This document shows positions 26,382 to 38,890 of a stretch of DNA of 64,000 bases, one piece after another. The stretch is from Protoeuglena noctilucae (taxonomy: Eukaryota). How positions within the stretch are numbered: position 1 is the stretch's first letter; every line of letters starts with the position of its first letter. A model generated the notes under the pieces. It did not search any database and was not told the DNA's origin. It saw nothing but the letters and a program-made list of their open reading frames with translations. Location: NCBI GenBank assembly GCA_958009085.1, contig OY253670.1:682001-746000 (forward strand). Direction: 5' to 3'. The position numbers and the translations under genes were made by a program.

Positions 26382-29306
26382 ATGGCGAGCGTCGAGACCG
26401 CACAGCCCACCGCACAGCCCACTGCAACCGTCCACTTAAGTGTGGGTGAGCCAGGCCATGGACGAGGCTCTTGAGGCTGTTGGTCACCGTGGCAGTGGTG
26501 CAGAGCCTCTAGGGTAGCCCGCACGAGGATCCCTAAAAAGGGCACCCGGATCCGGCGCCCTTGTCCCGCCCGTGATCAAACGACATCTTTCGCGTCATGT
26601 GATGGGTTTGCGCCCATTGCGAGCGACTCGCACCGCTTCTCGCCGCGCAAGATTGTTCCGAAAAAGTTGCGGGGGGCACTGCGATTTCCGAGGGTCGTGG
26701 AGCTGTAGAGAACGCTCGCCGTAATCTAGAGACGCGGAAGAGGACGTAGGTTTCGTTTCATCCCTCCCGGCTCTCCCCTGGATCCGCTGCGAGTCTTTAA
26801 GCGCGCAACGTCAATCAAAATCGTCCCAGGCCGCGTCGATCGCGGTGGTGTCGTCAAGATCGCACCCATCGTTGTCGCTTTTTGCCGCGCTCGCAGTCTC
26901 GAAGGGCCAGAGCTACAAGGAGGGGACGGATTCGTCCATGGCGACACGCGAGGCCATGGACAAATTCCGCGCGCAGAAGTCGCCGATCGAGAAGTATCTG
27001 TGGCTCCGACAGGTGACTCGACTCTCGAGCAACGGCTGGACCGTTGTCTGCGCCCACGCCTTTGCGCAGAGGACCGACTGCACATTGGCGCACGCAATGA
27101 TGAGATGTCGACTCGACAACTCATCATCACGCGGACTTGCCCTCACAACTCGCGCAGCTGTGCCGGGACAACTACGACCTACACTTTAAGCTCCTCCTGG
27201 ACCACACGGAGGAGATCCTTCCCTTCATCTACACGCCGACGGTGGGCGAGGCATGCCGCCGCTACGGCGAGCTGGGCATCCAAACCCGGGGTCTCTACCT
27301 GCGCCCCAACGACCGGGGACACATCCTGGAAAAGCTGCGCCAGTGGCCCTGGCAGGACATCCGCGTCATCGTGGTCACGGACGGGGAACGCATCCTGGGG
27401 TTAGGAGACCTGGGTGCTGGTGGCATGGTGAGAGACCGCGCTTTTGTCAACTGCCGCAGCAGAGGCTTGGCAGCTGGCGCCATTGTCCCGATCGTCGACC
27501 CACGCGCGCTCACCTCGGCTGAGGACGCTGGCCGTGCTTTCGCTCTCCCAGGGCATCAGCGAGGGTAAGATCACCCTTTACACGGCGGCGGCGGGCGTCA
27601 ACCCGCACCAGTGCCTGCCCGTGTGCCTGGACGTGGGCACCAACAACGACGTGTACCTCAACGACCCGTCCTACCCGGGCCTGCGCCAGAAGCGCCTTTC
27701 GGGCGACGACTACTACTCGTTCGTCGATGAGTTCTTCTCTGCCGTCCGGGAATGGAGGCCCCACGTGCTCGTCCAGTGCGAGGACTTCGCCAACCACTCG
27801 GCGTTCGACATCCTGGACAAGTACCGGGACGTGCAGCCGGTCTTCAACGACGACATACAGGTGCGCATGGGGGTGGGAGTGGGGGTGGGGGTGGGAATTT
27901 GGGGGGTAGGAGTGGGCGCAGATGACGGGGGCACGTTTGCCACAACAGCTGCACTGCGACCAGCCCACCGCGACCAGGCCGGGGTGGCTGAATTAGGCTA
28001 CAAGCACCACACCCGTCACCACCTGGGACTTGCCTGTCTCGCACGCAGGGCACGGCGTGCGTCGCGCTCGCGGGGCTCCTGGCCGCCTTGCGCATCTCGG
28101 GCAAGTCCCTCGGGGAGCAGAAGATCCTGTTCCACGGTGCGGGCGAGGCCGGCATCGGCATTGGCGACCTCATCGCCCTCAGCATCTCCCGCAACACGGG
28201 CATCCCCATTCACGAGGCACGCACCCGGTGCATCTTCATGGACTCTAAGGTGAGATGATGGTTCGAGAGCAAGCGAGGTATGGTTTGAGCAGAATTGAGG
28301 TATGTTTCAAGCGAGAGCGAGGTGCTTTGAGCGCAACGCGCCTCCCATACGCCGCCGCTGCCTCCTATCCCCGACGCCCGCCTCCACCGCCCCCGCCCAC
28401 CCAGGGCTTGATCTGCAAGGAGCGGTTGAACCCCTCGGATCCCAAACTGAAGCTCCAGGAGCACAAGAAGTCGGTGGCGCACGACATGCCGTTCATCAAG
28501 GACCTCGCCACGGCCGTCAAGGAGCTGCGGCCCACGGCGCTGGTCGGGGTCAGCACGCAGGGCGGCGCCTTCACCCCGGAGATCCTGCGCCTGATGGCGG
28601 AGATCAATGAGCACCCAATCATCTTCCCGCTGTCCAACCCCACGGACCTGGCCGAGTGCACCTTCCGCGACGCGGTGGAGCACACGGACGGGCGCCTGGC
28701 GTTTGCGTCCGGGTCGCCGTTCGATCCCCTGGATTGGCACGGCCAGACGCTGTACCTCGCCCAGGCCAACAACGCCTACATCTTCCCAGCCGTCGGGCAC
28801 GCGGCCATCCTGACGCAGTGCAAGCAGATCCCCGACAGCATCTTCCTCACGGCCGCCGAGGCGCTCGCCCACCTCTCCTCGGACGACGAGCTCAAGCAGG
28901 CGCGTGCTGGGCGGCCCCCGATGTGCGCAGTTTATGCCGTGGGGGCGGCATGGGTGCAGCGGGGCCAGCCATGCATGCAGGTCTTGCCAACACGTGCTTG
29001 TGAGGTCTCCCACGCAGGGCATGCTGTTCCCGAGGTTCCGGGACATCCTCAAAGTGTCTTCGCGGCTGATTGCCGAGGTGGCGGAGGAGATGGTGCGGGA
29101 GGGGCTGGGCAAGGAGCCAGAGGACTTCACCGGTGAGTGCACGCTGAGTGTGCGCCGCCCTTAACCCTCCCAGCATGCGGTTGCGACTGCGACTTGTCGA
29201 CGGCCTTGATGCCTATGGACCCATTGCGTCCGTCGCTGCTGCAGGAAACTGGGAGTCCTACGCCCGCTCCAAGATGTGGTACCCCAGCAACAACTCCAAG
29301 CTCTAG
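26382..29306 (+). CDS. NAD(P)-dependent malic enzyme with C-terminal -SKL (PTS1)
   Basis: Motifs '[13 protein letters not shown]', '[30 protein letters not shown]', '[11 protein letters not shown]', '[11 protein letters not shown]', '[19 protein letters not shown]', '[10 protein letters not shown]', '[10 protein letters not shown]', '[10 protein letters not shown]'. Exon 1 (26382-26445) joins 26897 in frame. The last exon reads '[20 protein letters not shown]'. Confidence 0.95.
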
Positions 29307-29506
29307 GCAGCGGTCACCTGCCATGCCAACGGTCTATGTGCGCTGTGGACTAGCACACCCCGGCCCATCACCCAGCACCCGAGCTCAACGAACGGGTTGC
29401 GAGTTCCCCTAACGCATTTGCAAGCGCATGTCACACTTTCTGTTGTACCCTCGCCTCGGCCCGATTGCAACTGCACGCTTACGAGGCATTGAAGGCCAAG
29501 CCTCCG

Positions 29507-30355
29507 TCACTGCTCCGCACCCTGACCCCGCCTCCGCTCAATCTCCTGCGCCCACGCCTTCCCCGTCTCGGTGAGGAAGCGACCTCGCGTCGAGTCAAAG
29601 AACTCGGACAGGTCCATGGATTGGGACTGCTCGTACTCCATCGCCTGCAATAGCGCATGAGATGGGCTGCCGTGATGGACTGCCACCCTCCGCCCCTCCT
29701 GAGCCCCTCTCGCCAGTGCTTTCACGCTGCTCTCACCTGCAATATCATCTCCAACTTGTCCAGATCTTTCACAAAATGGCTCTCTGCGGTCTTCTGGTCC
29801 TCGTACTCCTGCCACAAGCGCTGCACCTCCTCAGCCGCCTCGTTGCGCCCACCCAGCATCGTTCTGATCTCCGACATGGCCTCCTGCTCTGCATGGGCCG
29901 TCGCCGAGCGGGCCATTACGCCCCGGCGCGGGCGGAGGGGGCGGCACGCGGAGCGCTCCCTCGACACGCATGGCTCGCCTCTCCGATACTTCTCCTCCTT
30001 GCTGACGGGGTCGTCGGGAGTGATGTCCCCCACGATCGCTTCCGCGAGATCGTGCGCGAGCGCCACCTTCATCGCGTGCGTGGTGTCAATCCCGCTGTCC
30101 TTGGCCACCATCGCCATCATCGCTGGGAGGGCAGCCGGGCGAGCACCGCCGGTCCATGCCAGCGCATGTTGGCACATCATAGAGCGTGTCTCACTAAGCA
30201 TCCTCCTCACCCATGCGGTACATGTGATCAGCGATGCTCTCCGGGCCCTTGACCCCACGGCGCACCCATCCCGTCCTCTTCGTCGCCTTGAGCTTGAAGA
30301 TGAGGTGGAAGAAGTCGATCGCTTGCACGGCATTGGGACCTCGCGTGGTGGCCAT
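29507..30355 (-). CDS. HDDC2: HD-domain 5'-deoxynucleotidase, HDDC2/YfbR family
   Basis: '[28 protein letters not shown]', '[18 protein letters not shown]', 'EEKYRREQEAM', 'LWQEYE...[18 protein letters not shown]'; four exons. Confidence 0.92.
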
Positions 30356-30757
30356 GCCTGAGCAGTGCGTGAAAGTCCTTGCCGAGGGCGCACGACGCAG
30401 CGGTCGCTGAAAGGGCTGGCAGTGAAGCGCGATGCGTTCTTCAGACATCTGGTTGCAAGACCATGTGGTAATGGCGGCCGTGGGGTGCGCAGGGCGATGA
30501 ATTAAGCGTCTCCCGCTTGACGCGCGAGAATGCACAGCACGTCTGGCGGTGTCGGAGTTCGCGATGCTAAACACGCGCCCACACACGCTCCTCCGTTCTC
30601 TCTGATCGACGTGAGTTGCGGACGTTGCGACCATGGTCGCCGGATGCACGTTGCGCGCAGGGCCACCTCTTTGAGGGCGTGCGGCTGGTTGCTACCGTCT
30701 GCCGGTGGCTTGGCGGCCCCGTCATGCTACCCTAAGCGATCACTGCTGCTGGCTGCG

Positions 30758-33700
30758 ATGAAGAGCGCTTGTTTCGGGCCCGCTTGGAGGGTGCCGAGGA
30801 ACGGGCAGTCTACAACTTTGCTGCGGAGATTTCAGCCGGTTTCGCGGCGTCCAGTCGCCAATATCGGATGCCGATCGTTTGCAACTGCCCGAGGGCGCGG
30901 CGGCGAGGTGGCGGATCTCGCGGCGGCCCGGCCGAAGGGCGACTCGCCCGACCTCTTGCCGGACCTTGCGCTGGGCCGACCCAAAAGCGAGGCGCCGTGG
31001 TCGGACGTCCTCAGCTGGGTCGTCTTTTCGGACCTCCATCTCAGCAAGAGGAGCCTGCCCGTATGTCTCGAAATTCTCCGCCTCGTCCACGCCACAGCGC
31101 GCGAGAGAGGAGCAGGTGCGCTGGGGTCGTCGTCTCACAGTGCGCTTTCCGACTGCAGAGTCCCCTCTCTGATCTCTGTGCACATTACTGCCCCACCATG
31201 TTTCCCCTCCCCACGCAGGAGTAATCTTTCTGGGCGACCTGTGGCACGAGCGCGGCGCACTGCCGGTCGAGCCGCTGAATGCGGTGCTGGATGAGGTCGC
31301 GTCCTGGCAGGTGCCGAGCCTGTGGCTCGTCGGCAACCACGATCAGGTGTGCAGCAGACACGCCAGTGCAGCAAGGAGCAAAGACCGACTGCCATGCTAC
31401 GTGACGCGCCCCACCAAGTGCTCACCCCACCCGCAGGTCACGCTGTCGGGGGAGCAGCACGCGCTCCTCCCGCTGCACCTCTGCAGCGATCGCGTGCACG
31501 TCTTTTCCAGGCCGGCAATCTTCCTGGGTGATGCTCGTTGCGCCATAGCTTTGGTCGGTCATCGATGTCGTCCCTTGCAGTCACCCCCGCAGATGTGAGA
31601 ACGCCACACCCTTCGGTGCCCTGCAGATGCCCTGTGGCTGCCGTACCGCAAGGACGCCTCGGAGCTTCAGCAGGCGATCGAGGCCGCCCGGCTCAGCGGC
31701 ACCAGTCTTCGTGCCGTCATGGCTCACGTCGACGTCACGGGGGCTGCCTATAACGACACCTGCCAGGCTCGGGTGGGTTGCGGTCTGCCAGCCGAGCTAG
31801 CTCTGGCCAGCCGTCCATCCGCTCATCCGTGCTCGCTCGCTAATCGCCCACGCCCTTCTCCGATTGCAGGGCGGCCTGCCACCCTCCCTCTTCCCTCGGG
31901 ACATCCCCCTCTACACGGGCCACTACCACAAGCCCCACAGCGTCCCCGGATCGGACCACATCGTGTACGTGGGGTCGCCGTACCAGGTCACCAGAAGCGA
32001 GGCGGGGCAGCAGAAGCGGTTCCTGCTGCTGGACCGACACTTCCAGCGCAGCGGTGACGTGTCCATTGACGTGGGGCCGCGGCACTTTCGCGTGCGCGTC
32101 CCCGCAATGGACGCTGGCGCGGATGGGGACGCCGGCGCTGGGCTGGCGTCGGCGCTGGCGGCGCTGGGGCCCAAAGGAGGGGCCCTGCGTGCCGGTGACC
32201 GTGTGCGGGTTGAGCTACCCGAGGCCCCGGACAGGGAGGCGGCCCGCACGCTGCAGGCGGCTCAGAAGCGGGGTGTGTTTGTGGAAGTGGCCGTCGACCC
32301 GCGGGAGTTGCGCCCACGCATCCAAGAAGCCGAGGTGACGGCGGTGGGGCCTCGCATGCAACGGCGTTTCTGGCAAGAATGCCGGGAGTCAGATGGGCAG
32401 GAGAGGCCCAGGGTGGGCGGCCGTCGTGATGCCGCGCATGTTGCGCCACCCTCGCAGTGCATGCTTCCCGAGCAGCTCCTGAGTGAGTTTGCCGCCCAGG
32501 GTGGGATGTCTGCGCCGGCGCTCCGCTTGGCCCGCGAGATACTGGCGGACAGCGTGGCGGCGCGAGGCACGTCGAACCATGACCCGGTGGACTTGGACCT
32601 CTACAGCGTCGAGATGGAGGGGTTTGGGCCATTCCTGCAGCCGACGAGGTACAGCTTCCGACTCGGTGGGCTGCGGATGGTGTCGGGAGACAACCGGGAC
32701 GACCTGCAAGCAGAGAGGTGCCAGCGGCAGCCACATATGCTCCCTGCTGCTGGCGCTCGCAGTCATTTGAGGAGTGGATTAAACTTGTTCCTTCCTGTTT
32801 CCTGCTTGCAGCAACGGTGCGGGGAAGAGCACGCTGGCCCTGGCGGCCCTGTGGGCCTTCACGGGTTCCACCGACGCCCGGGACACGCTCACACGGGACC
32901 TGCAGCGCGCCGAGGTGGTGCACGACGCGGCGAGCGGGGCGGCCGTCGTGGTCGAGGGCACCGTCAACGGGGTGGCCTTCTGTGTGCGCCGGGAGAGCCG
33001 TGCCCGGGGATCCAAGGATGGCGGGCCCAGGAAGAGTGCGGGTGAGTGGAGGCGTGGGATCGCTGTAGGCTGTGACGCTGTAAAGCTCAATAGGCGGGAC
33101 GTGGCTGGTTGGTTTGCATACGGCCAGGGCTCGGTCTACCGTGGAGTAAGCTTGCTAGATGATCGTGCTGCGTGCGTGTTTGCAGGATCGGGGTTGACGC
33201 TGGAGCTGGGCGGCGAGGACAGGACGCAGGCCACACAGCAGCTCACACAGGCCCTCATCGACGCGACGTTCGGGACGGCGTACCTCCCCGGGGCGGTCTT
33301 CATGACGCACGGCTCGGTGCAGTTGCTGCTGCAGGCGACCGACAAGGAGTTCCGGTGCGGCGGGGATTTCTGACTCGCATAGTTTGTACATGAAAGGCGG
33401 CGCTGGCTTCATGAGCCCCACTGGGCGTGCCATCGTGCTTTGCAGGGACGCGCTGGGCCTGGTGGTGCAGCTGGACCTCTGGGACTCTGCAAAGGCAGTA
33501 GCACGAAAGCGTCTGCAGGCGGCAGAGCGTGAGCTGGCTGCCCAGGCGGCCCGCGAGGAGCAGGCGGCGGCGGGGGCGGCGCGTCTAAGGTCGCTCGTCG
33601 ACCGGGAGAGAGAGCTCAGGTGGGCTTGAGGTCAAACGCCAGCGGTGGATGCCCATCAGAGCACGTTCGCAGCCTAGTCGGCGAGTGCTCGTCTGTTGGC

Positions 33701-36182
33701 GCCAGCGCCAGAGTCCCACCTCTGCAGCTGAGCTGATGCGGGTCTTTGGTCGCAGGGACGAGTGGGGTGCGCGGCACCGTCGGCAGCGCGCACAGCAGCT
33801 GGAAAGGGCGGAGGCAGTGGCTGAGTGTGCACTGGACGCTGTGCGGTCGTGCGGGGAGAGGCATGCGGCCCTTGCAGCGACGTTGGAGGGGCTTGCGGCA
33901 GACCTGGAGAGGGTCGCACAGAGCGCCGCGTCGGTCGCGAACACGGCGGCTCTGGGCGGACCGGCAACTGCGGAGGAGGGCCTGCTGGACTCGTACCAGC
34001 AGACCGTGGCGCCCCTGCGAGAGCGGCTGGCCCAAGCAACCGAGGCGGCGAGGGAGGCAAGGGCGCGGTGGGCAGAGGCGGCGTCTGTGGCAGACGTGCG
34101 CCGCGGGGCGCTGCTGGCGCTTCGGAGAAGGCTGCAGGAGTACGTGAGCCTGGGCCAGGCTGCGAACGGCGAGGCAGTGACGACGGGTGCGGGCGTGGGG
34201 CGCCGGGACGGGCATTCGGTGGCTGCTGGACGACAAGCGAGCGAGGTTCTCACTGCCGAGGGCAGGGAGGCTACGAGTTCTGCCGTGCGGGACCACGAGC
34301 ACGGGGACGCGTGGGTGTGCGACCGCTGTCTCCAGCCCATCGACGAAGAGATGTACTCGGCGACTATTGCCGACTTGCGTGCCGAGGTTGCTGCGGAGGA
34401 GGCGCGGATGCAGGAGGCAGAGGTGCGTGTCGCTGTGCGCTGTGTGCCACCCTGGCTGCCTCAGAGTCATGTGCACTAAGCGAGGGTGGAGGGTTCACAA
34501 GTAACGCGTCCAGAGTGCGTCTGCTGGGCTGCAGGGCATAGCCACGGCGCTCAAGCGAGAGTGGACGGAGAGGGAGGGCCAGGTGCAGGCGGCAGAGGCC
34601 GAGCTGGCACGTAGAGACGAGGAGCTCGGGAGGCAGGTCGCTGCGGCTCGTCGAGCGCGGGAGGAGGAACAGCGCAGGGCGGAGGAAGCGCGGAGGGCTG
34701 CGGGGCAGGCACACGCTACGGCGTCGCGTGCTGTGTCCGGGGCGTGGGCCGAGGGCCGCCGGTCGGGCCGAGCAGCGGCGGAGTTGGGAGCCATGGCGGT
34801 GGAGCTGTGCCATCGCGTGCGGGAGCTGACTGCGCCTGGCCGCCCGGGGACGCAAGGGGAGGACGTCGCGTTGCTGGAGACCCTGCTGGCGAAGGTGGCA
34901 GAGGCGGCGCCGAGGGATGGCGAGCTGGGCCTCGAGGAGGGTTTAAACTTTACCAGCGGCGTCAGGGACCCGTGGGACAAGGCGCCGTCAGCGGCGTCAA
35001 AGGCCCAGCCAGACGGTCGACAGATGCCGGCGGACCTGGGCGCGTTGGAGGAGGAAGCGCAGCGCGTGGCGCAGCGGGCAGCGGGCGTGCAGGGTCAGGC
35101 GCGCCTGGCAGCAGAGGAGTCGACCCGAGCCCTCAAGTATTTGGGAGAGGTGTCCGATTGCGTGCGGCAGCTCGCCGCGGTGGTGGACCATAACCCTCAC
35201 GGCCCCGTGGTGGAAGCATATGAGCGGCAGCTGGACGACGTGGAGGGCAGCTTGCAGGAGTTGCAGCGGGCGTGCGACGCGCTTCAGGCTGACGTGGGCC
35301 TGCTCCGGTGAGCTCTCCCTGTGATATCAGTGCCGCTGTGAGTCGATGTCGGGAGACCTGGCGTCGACCACGGCTCTTAGCCCCGATTCGTCGCCCTTCG
35401 CAGGGAGGTGGACGGAGCCTTCTCGAGGAAAGGCGTGCAGGCGTATCTGATGGAGTCCGCAGTGGCGGAGCTTCAGGACACGACACAGGGGTACCTGAGT
35501 CGGCTCAGCGGGAGGCTGTCAATCCGACTCACGACCGTCAGGTGACGCCCTGCGCTGCTCGTCGGCTTGGCGGCACTCTCACCCGCGCCTGCCTGGACGC
35601 CCGCGCCGTGCCACCACGCAGCGAGCGCAAGACCCCGCGGCGGGGGGCTGTCCGAGGCGAAGAGGACGGGGCGGAGATGGTGGAGCGTGTCGAGAAGGCC
35701 GTGACGTTCTGCCCGCCCTCGTCGACCTCCGGGGCGACGGTCACGCGATCCGTGGCGCAGCTCAGCGGTGGCGAGCGCATGCGCGTCGCGCTGTGCCTCT
35801 CCCTCGGCATGATGGATCTCTTGAGGTGCGTTGGCAGGGTGCGTGGCGTGGGATGACAGGCATTCCGTTGCTGGGTGGTCTCAGCCCCTTGCCGCTTGCA
35901 TCCAGCCGCACCACGGCTGGCCGACGCCTGGCACCGTGCAGGTGTCGGAGCCGGCTGGCCTGCAACGTCCTGGTGATGGACGAGGTGCTGCAGAGGATGG
36001 ACGCGGAAGGCGTTTCGCAGGCTTTGACGCTTCTCCGCAGCGTTGGCAAGGAGACGGTCCTTCTCGTGGGGCAGCCGGGTGGCTTTGGTTCAGAGGTGGA
36101 TGCGGTCGACACGGTCGTCAAAGAGGGAGGCTCTTCCTGGGTTGTCGTGGGGTCTAGATTTGAATCCGTTCTATCTCTTTGA
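30758..36182 (+). CDS. Fused SbcD/Mre11-type metallophosphoesterase nuclease plus SbcC/Rad50-type SMC ATPase, with N-terminal presequence
   Basis: Nuclease motifs 'VVFSDLH', 'IFLGDLWH', 'LVGNHD', 'VMAH', 'YTGHYHKPH', 'YVGSPYQ..SEAGQQK'. These are followed by 'SVEMEGFGPF', Walker A 'SNGAGKST', a long coiled coil with central 'CDRC' zinc hook, ABC signature 'LSGGERMR' and Walker B 'VLVMDEVLQRMDAEG'; TGA ends at 36182. Confidence 0.88.
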
Positions 36183-36302
36183 ATAGTATAGTCAATCATC
36201 ATGAATGCGGGAATGTCTGGGCCCAAATGGGGGGCAAATGGACAATGTCTGCGTCATGGGGTGAGGGAAGGTTGGAAGGCTCGCTATCTTCGGCAGGGAG
36301 CT

Positions 36303-38498
36303 TCACGTCCCCGCGTGTGCTGCAAGCGCCGCGTGTGCGTCTGCGTCGTCGGTCCCTGCGGCCTTGACCCTTCGGTTGGCGGCGTTCATGCGCACGAACA
36401 GCGCCCGCAGCACGCGCTCTCTCTGCTCCCACGACAGGTCGGCGAAGTCCACGCCCCCTGCGAGCACAACTCTATGCGAAGTCTCAGATCGCCAGGCAGG
36501 CCATAGACAAGAGCTTGCAATGACCTGCAGTGACGAGCTCAAGTCTTTGGGCGGTGGCATTCACCTCCCACGGCCTGTGCGGGCTTGGACGCCGCGACTC
36601 CGGGTGCGGACGTCTGACTGCTCGACCGCGACGCCCACCCCGTGACCTGCACCCGGGACGCCCCGCCTGCCCCGTCCCCCTTCTGCGCCTCCGTCTCCGC
36701 TTGCCCCTGTGCCTCGCGGATGGCGGCGATGAGGAACTTCTCCACATCGGAGCGCTGCTTGAGGACCTCCAAGGCCAAGGCGCGGATGGTACGGGCGTCC
36801 GCCTCTGCCGCCTGCGCACCACGGGCACAACACACAGTGCATCCTCAGATCACGTCGCCCGGCGTCCAGCGACCGCGTGACGACAGCGCAGCGCGACGAC
36901 AGCGCAGTGAGTGGTCAGTCACCTCGGCGCGCTCGGACAGGGCGCGGTTCTCGTCGATGAGGGCCTGCTCAGCCCGGATGCGGTCGCGGCGGCCCTCCTG
37001 CCGCAGCACGTCGACCTCCTCCGACAGCGCCAGCAGCTCCCGCTCCAGCTCGTGCATGCGGTCCCGCGCCCGCGCCAGCTCCTTGCCCTGCCGCACCCGC
37101 ACCTCCCGCTCCATGCGCTGCTGGTCCACCCGCAGCGTTCCCACCACCTGCGCCTGGGCCACCGTGCCCTGCAGCTCCCGCGCCCGCGCCCGCAGCGTCT
37201 CCAGATCCCCCTTCAGTTCCGCGTTCTCCTTCACAAGCCGCTCATTCTGTGCCAGGATACCGTGGATGCGGGCGGGCAGGCGCTCGTCCAACTCCACCTC
37301 CAGCTGCCCCACTGCGCGCGAGGACGACCGCGCCCACGTCTCACGATCAGCTCGAGCCCCATCGCTGCCGAAGGGCCCGCAGGCAAGCGTGCGGCGCTGT
37401 CGTTTCTGGCACACTCGCCTGCCTCCTGGACCTTGGCCTTCAAGTCGTCCCGCATCTTCAAGCTCTGCTTGATGTACTTGCGTTCCAAACGCATGCCCTG
37501 AGGTCGAAGTGGGACCGCGCGATCGTCACGGCTGCGGCACTGCCTGCGCTGCCTGGCCAGCGAGCGTGGGTGGCTGTCTGCCGCACCTGCGCCATCTTTT
37601 CCAGCTTCAGCGCCTCGAAATCGCCCCGCATCCGAGCCAGCTCCGTCTCGAGCCGTTCCTTGTCCTGTTTGAAGGTCTCCAGCTCCGCAATCGTGTCCTG
37701 GAGACTCCGAATGTGGCTCTGCAAGGGCGGGCGGGCGAGCGCTAGGTTTGGCCCGCTCCACAACGGCCCCCGCGCTCCCCGCGTCTCGCTCCCGCCACCC
37801 GACGTCATCTCACCTGCAAATCCTGCTCCCTGCGCTGGAACGCCCGCTTCAGCTGGTCCTCGTGCTCCGCAAAGCCCGTCTCCAGCTCCTTCACCTTTTT
37901 CCCCAGCTGGTCCTCCTTGCGTTGGAGCTGCTTCTGCACGGAGAAGCGGGAGCGCACACGTCACCCATCATAGCAACCATGTGCGCGTCCACGGGCCGAC
38001 TCCGCGGCTGCTGCGCGCCTGCAGCTCCTCAATCTCCTCGGCCTTGCGCTGGTTGTCCCAGTGGAGATACTCCAGCGCTTGATACTGCTCGTCGAGGTCC
38101 TTCTGATGGTTTTCTTGCAGCTGCTGATGCTCCTTCGCGACCTTAAAGAGCTCCGCCTTGGCCCGCGCGAGGGCCATGCGCTTGCGCTGGTTCTCGGCGA
38201 GAATGTGGATTTGCGTCGTGGTGAAACGGCCGGCGGCAACCACATCGGGATCCAACGGATTAGCCCCTGCGAAGCGGCGAGGTGCTCGAGGCCATATCTT
38301 CACTGGACGAAACACTGCGCGCACCGGCATGCTCGGGCACGAGCGCGTGCTGGTCGGGAGCCCTGCGGCCCTGCAGCGCAGCGCATCACCTTCCACATCG
38401 AACTGAGTAAGCTTGGATGGCTTCTTCTTCTTCTTTTTCGTGGAGTTCGCCGACATGGGCTTGGGAGGAAGGATGCCCTGGATGTCCACCGCCGCCAT
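36303..38498 (-). CDS. BBOF1: Basal body orientation factor 1 (BBOF1/CCDC176)-like coiled-coil protein
   Basis: Lys-rich N-terminus 'PPKP...KKKKKK', long coiled coil, 'LALEVLKQRSDVEKFLIAAI' and C-terminal 'VDFADLSWEQRERVLRALFVRMN', which resembles the BBOF1 terminal motif as I recall it. Confidence 0.72.
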
Positions 38499-38890
38499 CG
38501 GCGGGGGGAAGAGGCGTGCGCTCGTCATTCGCAACGACTCGTCGACATGCTGGAGCCAGGCCCTGCCGCGGGGCTGACAAGGCGCCTCCTGCTGGCTGGA
38601 CGAACACGTGCACGCACAGCACGGACCCTGGGGTGCAGAAGGAATGCGTTGCCGTGCGCGATCGAGGATGGGAAGTACAACGGAACTCGGAGGCACGACT
38701 GCCACTCACCAGGTGAGCTGTGCCAGGCACGCTTTCCTGCATGCGTGCGTCAGCAAACCAAGTTATTTTCAACCCAATCCAATCGCTGCCATCCCAACAA
38801 TGTGCGTGTCGGCCTAGTTCCTCCAACTCTCTAACCTGGGGCAGCGAGCATACTTGAAAAAGCTCAGCCTCAGACTCAGGGAGGGCAGCC

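Noticed and set aside
26450..26900. ORF-poor, lower-GC stretch as an ncRNA or insertion
   Set aside because: It is explained as the first intron of the malic enzyme (exon 1 joins in frame). I recognised no tRNA or snoRNA structure.
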